This document shows, piece after piece, positions 28,992 through 36,252 of a DNA stretch of 36,386 nt (the first letter of the stretch is position 1; every line of letters begins with the position of its first letter). The stretch covers positions 1 to 36,386 of the forward strand of contig CBDVDR010000026.1 of assembly GCA_965372795.1 (NCBI GenBank). Reading direction: 5' to 3'. Source of the stretch: an uncultured bacterium (GTDB lineage Bacteria; Zixibacteria; MSB-5A5; GN15; FEB-12). The notes below the pieces were generated by a model that searched no databases, was not told the origin of the DNA, and saw only the letters and a list, made by a program, of their open reading frames with translations. Both the position numbers and the translations under genes were made by a program.

Positions 28992-29477
28992 ATGAAAAGA
29001 ATTTCCCTGATCCGTTTTGCGTTGGTTATGCTGATTCTGGTGAGTTTGCTTTTTGTTGCATCAGCTTCACCACAGGAAAAGGCCACCACAGAAGCCAAAG
29101 CTTCTTTGTATGATCGACTGGGCGGTATTTACAGTATTGCTTCAGTTGTAGATGAATTTCTAGAAAGGCTGTTGGTAAATGACATTTTGAATGCCAATCC
29201 TATGATTAAAAATGCACGGGATATGGTTCCAAAAGCCGGACTCAAGTTTAGATTAAGCGCTCTGATCTGTCAACTTGCCGGAGGTCCTGAAGTTTATAAT
29301 GGCCGCACCATGAAAGATGCTCACGTTCACTTGAATATTTCCAACGCGGAATGGGATGAAATGGTCAAAGTCTTTGTGCAGACTTTAACCGATTTTAAAG
29401 TTCCCCAGGCAGAACAAGATGAACTTCTCGCTCTGGTTGGACCAACCAAAGGCGACATTGTGACAGCAACCGAGTAG
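28992..29477 (+). CDS. Group I truncated hemoglobin with N-terminal signal peptide
   Basis: SLYDRLGG, GGPEVYNGRTMKDAH (proximal His); MKR plus hydrophobic core plus ASA cleavage site. Confidence 0.88.
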   Translation: MKRISLIRFALVMLILVSLLFVASASPQEKATTEAKASLYDRLGGIYSIASVVDEFLERLLVNDILNANPMIKNARDMVPKAGLKFRLSALICQLAGGPEVYNGRTMKDAHVHLNISNAEWDEMVKVFVQTLTDFKVPQAEQDELLALVGPTKGDIVTATE

Positions 29478-29496
29478 TTGTTCTTCAAAGTGTTTT

Positions 29497-29529
29497 AAAA
29501 AGGCAGATCATTATGTTCTGTCTTTTTTT
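29497..29529 (+). terminator. Rho-independent terminator
   Basis: AAAAAGGCAGA...TCTGTCTTTTTT. Confidence 0.65.
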
Positions 29530-29596
29530 ATGTTTAGAGAGATTTAATATTCCATTATTGGTCTTATAGATTTCTTCTATTTTATTTTATTCAAGT

Positions 29597-29619
29597 TTCC
29601 AATGACAAAAATGGCATTG
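29597..29619 (+). promoter_or_regulatory. TGACA-N4-TGNCA box, copy 3
   Basis: TTCCAATGACAAAAATGGCATTG. Confidence 0.4.
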
Positions 29620-29734
29620 TAGTTTATTATATTAAAAATTGCAATAGCGATATTTTTCCATCCACAAGAACCACTTCTCTGCCAAATATCGTATATTTTT
29701 GTTCTCTAACAAAATATCTTAAAAGGAGAATTAG

Positions 29735-30448
29735 ATGAATTTACCAAATTTAAGACGTGAGACTATATATGGCATGCCGGCTGCCGATCAAATAATGTTT
29801 AACAGGTATTATGTGCTGGGTTATTCTTACTATTTTCGTCAGCCGAAATGGGCGTTGGAAATTGTTGATGCAATAAATCCTGAGGTGGATCGTTCGGATA
29901 ATTTTCGTTCAGATTATAGAATCCCGGAAATATTTCGCGCCGACCGGGTTGATTTTGTTCGGTCCGGCTACGACCGCGGGCATCTGGTGGCAAGTGCAAA
30001 CAAAAATGAAACAGAAATACAAAATAGCGAAACATTTCTTTTATCAAACATGTCACCGCAACTGCCTCGATTTAACCGAGGGATTTGGAAAAAATTAGAA
30101 TCCGAGGTTAGAAACTTAGATAAGAAGCCTGATATCCTGGAGACCTTTGTAATTTGCGGACCTTTATTCTATTTTGATCAACCCGTTGAAATTATAGGAA
30201 CTAATGACTCAAACGATGTTACTATTCCGGTTCCAAATGCATATTTTAAGTCTGTTTTGACTGAGGATAAAAAAGGGAAATTGAAGATGTGGTCTTTTGT
30301 AATGGAAAACAAAGAATCACATGAACCATTAGCTTCGTTTTTGAAACCGACGACCCTTGTTGAAAAAATGGCTGGCATCAAGTTATGGGAACGATTGACA
30401 GGGACGGTAATTGATAAAGAAAAATCAAGAGTTCGCGATATGTGGTAA
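29735..30448 (+). CDS. DNA/RNA non-specific endonuclease (NucA/EndoG type)
   Basis: YDRGHL, TFLLSNMSPQ..FNRGIWKKLE, VP..YFK; no signal peptide. Confidence 0.93.
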   Translation: MNLPNLRRETIYGMPAADQIMFNRYYVLGYSYYFRQPKWALEIVDAINPEVDRSDNFRSDYRIPEIFRADRVDFVRSGYDRGHLVASANKNETEIQNSETFLLSNMSPQLPRFNRGIWKKLESEVRNLDKKPDILETFVICGPLFYFDQPVEIIGTNDSNDVTIPVPNAYFKSVLTEDKKGKLKMWSFVMENKESHEPLASFLKPTTLVEKMAGIKLWERLTGTVIDKEKSRVRDMW

Positions 30449-30671
30449 TTTTGTTTTGAGTTTTGTGCCGTTCAACTTACGGCGACTCTCCCCCGGGCTG
30501 AACTTGATTGGCTTATTCTCTTTTGTTTTGCAAATTTCCTAAATAGAATTCTACAACTTCAATTAGTTGTGTATTAGAGTGAATGGCATTCAACTTTCCT
30601 ATAACCCACAACAATTCTGAAATTATTATAACTTTTATGTAATTTGATAGAATGATTTTGGGGTCGATAGT

Positions 30672-30799
30672 TGGCTCCGCCTCTTTGAATTTAAACCGCC
30701 TGACAACCACACCGTGTGTGCTTCGGGTTATGAGCTTCCTCAATTGTCAATTCAGCAGAAAACTACAAATTCTAATAGATAACCATAGCAATAACTTAG
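30672..30799 (-). repeat. Degenerate tRNA-fMet 3' half with hairpin insert plus linked box, copy 1
   Basis: Minus strand GCTCATAACCCGAAG-CACACACGGTGTGGTT-GTCAGGCGGTTTAAATTC; similarity to copy 2 continues through CAGCAGAAAAC..ATAGCAAT. Confidence 0.75.
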
Positions 30800-30873
30800 C
30801 TAGAGCTTTTATATAGTATATTATCTTTTTTTATGTTTTATTGATTTTGTAAATAATTTATAGAAAGAAGTCT

Positions 30874-31740
30874 ATGTTAAATCAAATCTTTTTAAAATCG
30901 CTATTAAATTTTATTGTTTTAATTTGTTTTGTATTCTCAGTGCAACTGAGCCGTGCCGAAGAATTAATACCGGGTAAAATATCAAAAATCCAATTCGATA
31001 GTAAAGAATTTCCCCCCACATTGTATACCATGTTCACTGGTCAGCCATCAACAGCGACTTTACAGGTGCGGCTTCCGGATGATTATTCTCCTGACAAAAA
31101 ATTCCCTCTTCTGCTGTATGTACCGGGTTTTCATGGTCATGCCGGTGGTAACATTCAAAACGCAATTGACATTGGCGGAACCGAGGGGTGGATAGTTGCC
31201 AGCCTGCCATTATTTAAAAACCGGATTGATCTCAATGAACCGGGCAAAGGGGTCATTATCAGTTTAGAAGATTATACTATGCTCTCCAAATGTTACCGGA
31301 TTATATTAAGCAAACTATTTGAGTTAGTTCCCAATATTGATTCTGATCAAAGTGCCATGGTCGGGTATTCCAATGGAGCGATTGCTACCAGCATTCTCAT
31401 TTCAAATCATAATGAATTTATTCTACAGCATTTTAAGAATTTTTGTATTGTCGATCAGGGAATGTTTCACCTGACCGATCTTCACAAATCAATATCGCGT
31501 GATTGCCGATTCCTGGTCCTTGCTGGCGGCAAAGATGATTTTGGTCGAAATTTAAAAGTCAGAAAATGCGGGTTGCTTTACGACTCATGGCAATTGCTCA
31601 AGGTTGACTTGCAATATGGTATCATGAACGATGTCGGACATGAGCTCGAACCATTTAAAAAATTAATCGGCAAGTGGCTACGCAATAGAGACATCAAAAT
31701 TCATGGTGAACTTAAACCCGGTGATAAAACCAACAACTAG
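30874..31740 (+). CDS. Secreted alpha/beta-hydrolase-fold protein
   Basis: Signal peptide; LPDDY...FPLLLYVPG, GYSNG nucleophile elbow, GHE. Confidence 0.75.
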   Translation: MLNQIFLKSLLNFIVLICFVFSVQLSRAEELIPGKISKIQFDSKEFPPTLYTMFTGQPSTATLQVRLPDDYSPDKKFPLLLYVPGFHGHAGGNIQNAIDIGGTEGWIVASLPLFKNRIDLNEPGKGVIISLEDYTMLSKCYRIILSKLFELVPNIDSDQSAMVGYSNGAIATSILISNHNEFILQHFKNFCIVDQGMFHLTDLHKSISRDCRFLVLAGGKDDFGRNLKVRKCGLLYDSWQLLKVDLQYGIMNDVGHELEPFKKLIGKWLRNRDIKIHGELKPGDKTNN

Positions 31741-31767
31741 AAACATGATTAAGTTAATAACCCGTCA

Positions 31768-31875
31768 TAAACCTGTAGTATTAGCAACTACTTACATCGG
31801 GGCGAAGCGAGTTTAGATTTTCTTATCCCTGAGCGTAGCGAACGGGATTAGAAAACCTCTTCGAAAGAGGCGTAC
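31768..31875 (+). repeat. Junction box fused to a partial GCGAAGC-rich repeat
   Basis: ACCTGTAGTATTAGCAACTACTTAC then GGCGAAGCGAGTTTAGATTTTCTTATCCCTGAGCGTAGCGAACGGGATTAGAAAA and hairpin CCTCTTCGAAAGAGG. Confidence 0.85.
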
Positions 31876-32088
31876 ATTAACATGGATCGTCTGGTATCCA
31901 ATGTCATGCAATATCGATGTTTGATATCGTATAGATAATCGTCCGAGTTATTCTTGTTGAAACAAACTGTGTGATCAGATAAATTAGTCACTACAAATGT
32001 CAGGTTATTTGCTTTAGAATTGTGTACCAACTGAGCTTGTTTATTCAATGACATAATCATCGTTGGTGCAAAGGAGTGTCACATTAGG

Positions 32089-32643
32089 ATGAAGAAGAAA
32101 TCTTATTTATTTAATATAGCATTCGTTGTAACAATCATTACTTTAGCGATCTTCTTGTTCTTCGTATACAAGACAAATAGATTGGATGACGAGATAAGTG
32201 AAAATGAGAAGGCTATATATACACAGTTAGAAATCTTTAATCAAATGGTCTACTTAGAAGGTATCGCTCATGATACTTGGATAAGTTCAAAAATATTGAA
32301 GAGCCTTGGAAAAGAAAATAGCCCAGAATATGAAGATATGGAAAACGATCATCTTGATAGGGCTATAGACTATTTATCTATATTATATAACATCACTGAA
32401 GGTACGTTTCCAAACGAAATTACCATAGCCAGTTGGAGAAGGCTGTCAGGCGAAGAAATAGAAGATAAGAAAATAGACTTCGTAAAACAATTTGAAGAAA
32501 AAGGTGTCTATAAAAGGATATTGGAAGAGAAAAGGGAATTGGTGAATACAAGAAACTGCTACTTTTCATGGTCTTTAGTTTTTCAATTTCTTAATACTGT
32601 CTTGTTCGCTTTCTCGGGATTCTTGTTTGGAAAGAAATCCTAA
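32089..32643 (+). CDS. Hypothetical protein with N- and C-terminal TM helices
   Basis: 184-aa ORF with two hydrophobic ends and a helical middle; no family recognised. Confidence 0.7.
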   Translation: MKKKSYLFNIAFVVTIITLAIFLFFVYKTNRLDDEISENEKAIYTQLEIFNQMVYLEGIAHDTWISSKILKSLGKENSPEYEDMENDHLDRAIDYLSILYNITEGTFPNEITIASWRRLSGEEIEDKKIDFVKQFEEKGVYKRILEEKRELVNTRNCYFSWSLVFQFLNTVLFAFSGFLFGKKS

Positions 32644-32686
32644 ATCTATTTATGGGTGCTTCTTAAACCTAATGTCTATTAAGGCC

Positions 32687-32716
32687 GGGTGCCCCATCCA
32701 CCTGTGGTGGGTTTCT
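32687..32716 (+). repeat. REP-like palindrome related to 5777-5805
   Basis: GGGTGCCCCATCCACCTGTGGTGGGTTTCT. Confidence 0.45.
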
Positions 32717-32772
32717 CTCAAATACAATAAAACGATTATAATGCTGACTAAATAATTCAGGCTAAGCCGGTT

Positions 32773-32895
32773 TGGTAGCGGAAACGTTCCCGAACCCCTG
32801 ACAACCACACGATGTGTGCTTCGGGTTATGAGCTGCCCAGTAGTCCAACAGCAGAAAACAACAAACACTTACCTGTAGTAATAGCAATTAATTAC
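32773..32895 (-). repeat. Degenerate tRNA-fMet 3' half with hairpin insert plus linked box, copy 2
   Basis: Minus strand GCTCATAACCCGAAG-CACACATCGTGTGGTT-GTCAGGGGTTCG...CGCTACCA. Confidence 0.8.
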
Positions 32896-32929
32896 GGAAA
32901 AAACAGTATCCGGTGCTTTCACTTATTAT

Positions 32930-33036
32930 GTTAGAAAATCTGCGAAGCGAAAGCCCTTTCGGGGCGGAAGCGAGTTTAGATTTTCTTATCCCTGAGCGTA
33001 GCAAACGGGGTTAGAAAACTGTTCGAAAGAGGTGTA
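32930..33036 (+). repeat. GCGAAGC-rich structured repeat, one full unit
   Basis: GTTAGAAAATCTGCGAAGCGAAAGCCCTTTCGGGGCGGAAGCGAGTTTAGATTTTCTTATCCCTGAGCGTAGCAAACGGGGTTAGAAAA. Confidence 0.9.
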
Positions 33037-33084
33037 TGTCAAAATCTTGTAGTAGCTTTAGTCATGGAGTTAGATTATATGGAA

Positions 33085-33115
33085 GGGGGTTCGATTCCCC
33101 CCGGCTGTTGTACCA
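33085..33115 (+). other. tmRNA/tRNA-like 3'-end fragment (T-arm)
   Basis: GGGGGTTCGATTCCCCCCGGCT...ACCA; no 5' part upstream. Confidence 0.55.
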
Positions 33116-33174
33116 CTTTCTAAGTTAGTTTTATCACAGCGTTTGTCAAATTCGCTGGGGGTTGAAAACAGAAA

Positions 33175-34389
33175 TTAGTCCAGTATATCATCGATGCTGT
33201 TGAGTCCATACACCGGAGGAATGCCGGACATAAATTCCGAGGTCAGGCTTTCGCTGTTCAATAACAATCTATTCCCCTTGATGATTTTCTCATTGCGCAA
33301 TTGCTGAGCCCAGTCGATGATGCTATCAATGGTGGGAACGTCCAGAGCTAGTTGGTCGGCAATCCATTTTGCGATGCACAGGCCATAATGAATGTCGTCT
33401 GTAAAGAAGCGGTGGTCCTTGTCAATGATCCATTCGCCGCTTTCTAATTGAATGGTGGGTGGTTTGATGGCTCCCAACGTCAGCGAAGTCGTGAATGACT
33501 CGCGAATGTCGGTGTTTTCCGACTGGTATGAGAGTCGCTCAAGACCCAAATAATCAAGCATGTATTGGAAATCCTGCTGAGGATATTTTGCCTTGATGGT
33601 ATCTCGAATCTTAGAGAAATCCGCGTCTAATTCCTGTAGAAGGTCGGCGGATTTTTGGTCATAGTCGCGGTAAAAATAGGGAATATCTTTTTTGTTCGCC
33701 CATTTCCCATCGTATTTGAGAAACAAACCGTAGCAACGCGAAGGATGGATGATTTGGTTGTCGACAGACAGAGTCAGTGACAAAAAATTGGCGGCCTGTC
33801 GGAAAGATCCTTTTTTCAGCCACCGCTCGCAAATATTCTTCAACAAACGGTCATTGAGTTCAGAGAAACGATTCGGCGGTGACACCGCCACGACATTGAG
33901 CTCCTTACAACCATAGGTCACTCCCACCTTACCATACTCAATGACCCGGCAAATCCACGGAATCAAGCCGATGGCAAAGGTGGTGATATTGTTCAGATCG
34001 AATTTCCTCTTGATCTCATCGACCATCCAGTTAAATCCTGCTTGACCATAGATGGTTCCGACAAACACTTCTTTATCTTTCGCAAGATGCGGCGCCAGAT
34101 CGTGAAGAGCTAAGCGATATTTGCTTACAGGCATGCACAAAATCACAAAACTTGCCTGTGGAATGACTTCAGCCGGATTGTCACTGATTTTCGTCAGGGC
34201 ACCACTAAACACTTCCAGGAGTTCCCCATGAATCGAGTGCAACTGAACATCGACCTTCCGGGACCATTCCTTCGGCTTTCGTGTGAGAATGTTGACGTCA
34301 AAACCCGCACCGGAAAGAAAAGGGATCAAAACATGCGCACTACTGCCGCCACCGACAATCGTCACATTTTGTTTTTCTTGTTCAACCAT
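33175..34389 (-). CDS. NAD(P)-dependent opine (octopine/nopaline family) dehydrogenase
   Basis: VTIVGGGSSAH Rossmann motif, PWICR, IIHP, RFFTDDIHYGL, P.ID.II.WAQ. Confidence 0.85.
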   Translation of the reverse strand: MVEQEKQNVTIVGGGSSAHVLIPFLSGAGFDVNILTRKPKEWSRKVDVQLHSIHGELLEVFSGALTKISDNPAEVIPQASFVILCMPVSKYRLALHDLAPHLAKDKEVFVGTIYGQAGFNWMVDEIKRKFDLNNITTFAIGLIPWICRVIEYGKVGVTYGCKELNVVAVSPPNRFSELNDRLLKNICERWLKKGSFRQAANFLSLTLSVDNQIIHPSRCYGLFLKYDGKWANKKDIPYFYRDYDQKSADLLQELDADFSKIRDTIKAKYPQQDFQYMLDYLGLERLSYQSENTDIRESFTTSLTLGAIKPPTIQLESGEWIIDKDHRFFTDDIHYGLCIAKWIADQLALDVPTIDSIIDWAQQLRNEKIIKGNRLLLNSESLTSEFMSGIPPVYGLNSIDDILD

Positions 34390-34551
34390 GTTTCACCTTA
34401 TTTGTCTGCAATTCTCAAAACGACAGAACTTTCCTTAACATTATCCGCTACGAGTAATTGCGTTTTTCATTCATACAACTCACCCAGATACATTATACTA
34501 TATTAATACAAAACATTAATATGAACATTAGATTAGCGTACAACTCCCGAT

Positions 34552-34626
34552 AACACTTTGAAAGCAGATATGTAGAGATGGGCGACATTCAGCAATCGAA
34601 TCTTCAACATCTGCTTTCAAAATGTT
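34552..34626. repeat. 75-bp imperfect inverted repeat
   Basis: AACACTTTGAAAGCAGAT...ATCTGCTTTCAAAATGTT (17/18 paired), extendable inward. Confidence 0.75.
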
Positions 34627-34646
34627 TCCTATACCGTGAATCAAAT

Positions 34647-35744
34647 TTAAATGACGTTTTTACGTGCGAGTTTTTCAACATTAAGCAGCGATAATTGGGA
34701 GGTCGCTCTATCAAGTTGATCCAGAAGTGCTTTTACTCGCAGGTCACAGCAACTGTTCCGGCAGAAAACACCTTCTTCAAATTGCCATTCTCTATTGGAA
34801 TAGTCATATAAATATCGACCCGGCTTGCCGTCTATGTACATTTGAGACTCTATGGAGGCAGCAAAGTGTGATTGAATTTCGTTGACGACAAAATCTCCAT
34901 CAGGAGTCTCAAAGATGTCCACATTCATCGCCGTGTATCCGGCATTGTCTGTTAACTCACGAATAAAGTCCAACAGTTCAATAGGAGGATTATACCATCC
35001 CACTTTTCCGGAACCACTATGAAATGCCCCATCTGCAAGTTTCTGATGTCCGAAATATGATTCACCGATTCGAATCATTCGCCATTCGGCTACTTCGGGT
35101 AGGAATTTCTGAAACAGGATGTTACCCCATTCACTATCCCGACTGTCGGCTCCTCGGCAGACAAGTCCATTCCCGAAACGATCATTTACATATTGTAAAA
35201 GTTCAGTACGTTCATAAAAAATTTCCACACCTGCACTTCTGGAACCCATATCATGTTTGACTACAATCGGTAAGTCAGCATCTTTTGCAAATTCCAGCGC
35301 TTGTTCGTGTGAGTAGAAGACCCATGTTTTCGTATGTGGTATGTTATGCGATTCCAGCCAATAAGACATCCGCAGTTTACTCTCATTCAACCATACTTCA
35401 TCGTAGGTTGGATAAATCGTCTTATGCATTTCATCAACTATTATTTTCAATCGTTCGTCAAACATACGCTTCTGTATGCTCACTTTGAAAGAGGGCCAAA
35501 CAAGAAAAGCGTCACATCTACAGTCCCGTACGACATGAATCCAGTCAGAGCCAGAGATGTCAATAGTCTTGTAGCGAACCCCTAAGTCTTCACATGCGGC
35601 GATATATGGTAAATGGTTGTTATCAAACTCTTCGATTATGCCAAGCACGTGCTGCGATTTGCTTCGAAGTGGGAGCACAGGTTTGATTCTTTGATGAAAA
35701 TCAGACAACGGCGGTATAGTTGCATTAGCATTGTACTTGTTCAT
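34647..35744 (-). CDS. ATP-grasp (RimK-like) ligase
   Basis: ESK..M, IPHTKT, LPIVVK..GSRSAGV, FQKFL..EWRM, VDIF...VNEIQ. Confidence 0.8.
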   Translation of the reverse strand: MNKYNANATIPPLSDFHQRIKPVLPLRSKSQHVLGIIEEFDNNHLPYIAACEDLGVRYKTIDISGSDWIHVVRDCRCDAFLVWPSFKVSIQKRMFDERLKIIVDEMHKTIYPTYDEVWLNESKLRMSYWLESHNIPHTKTWVFYSHEQALEFAKDADLPIVVKHDMGSRSAGVEIFYERTELLQYVNDRFGNGLVCRGADSRDSEWGNILFQKFLPEVAEWRMIRIGESYFGHQKLADGAFHSGSGKVGWYNPPIELLDFIRELTDNAGYTAMNVDIFETPDGDFVVNEIQSHFAASIESQMYIDGKPGRYLYDYSNREWQFEEGVFCRNSCCDLRVKALLDQLDRATSQLSLLNVEKLARKNVI

Positions 35745-36018
35745 TCAATAAATCCATTCTTATTAAAAATAAAAATAAATATCTTTCCGTTCGAAATATC
35801 CCAAGACAAATTGGGTCGTATTCTCACGGTTTTCCACAAGAGGAATCACCAGACGAATTTAACTCGTCAGTTATCTGTAGCGAATGTGGAAAACATTTTG
35901 AAGTTTTGGGGGGCTAATGAATCAGTCCGTCAAAATCTCATAGTGAATATATCATAGAAATATTGCAAATTCAAGTCTTATCTTATCGAATCACGGAAAA
36001 ACTCCGTAACTAGGTTTG

Positions 36019-36031
36019 TATCAAGTAGTTA
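36019..36031 (+). promoter_or_regulatory. IHF-consensus site
   Basis: TATCAAGTAGTTA matches WATCAA-N4-TTR (another match, AATCAACAAGTTA, at 1182-1194). Confidence 0.4.
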
Positions 36032-36096
36032 AGTCAGATGTAGGGTAATCTTCAGGATTGTTAGATAATCAGAAATCTGAAGGAAATCCCACTTAT

Positions 36097-36129
36097 AAAA
36101 AAATCCCCAAAGCTTTTAGGCTTCAGGGA
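36097..36129 (-). terminator. Rho-independent terminator following the tRNA 3' fragment
   Basis: Minus strand TCCCTGAAGC-ctaaaa-GCTTTGGGGA-T7; two G-U pairs make the full stem minus-strand specific. Confidence 0.75.
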
Positions 36130-36139
36130 CTTAAATTTC

Positions 36140-36225
36140 GTAGCGAGGAGGGGATTTCATCAGTCCTAAAGCAAAGCGTGGAGAAACCACTAACAACCAC
36201 ACAATGTGTGCTTCGGGATTTGAGC
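36140..36225 (-). repeat. Degenerate tRNA-fMet 3' half with hairpin insert, copy 3
   Basis: Minus strand GCTCAAATCCCGAAG-CACACATTGTGTGGTT-GTTAGTGGTTTC-[about 24 nt]-GAAATCCCCTCCTCGCTAC. Confidence 0.75.
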
Positions 36226-36252
36226 TTGTTTTAGCCTGTTCTTGCTTGTTTT

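Noticed and set aside
30513..32868. ORFs 30513-30743 and 32650-32868 sharing LITRSTH.VVVR
   Set aside because: The shared peptide is just the translation of the tRNA-derived repeat.
32773..32870. Intact tRNA-Met gene
   Set aside because: No D-arm or 5' acceptor strand, the 5' anticodon stem is missing and the T-arm is broken; the same holds for the other two copies.
32909..32936. dif/Xer site (TTATGTTAGAA resembles the XerD arm)
   Set aside because: No XerC arm at the 6-bp spacing; the match overlaps the start of the repeat.
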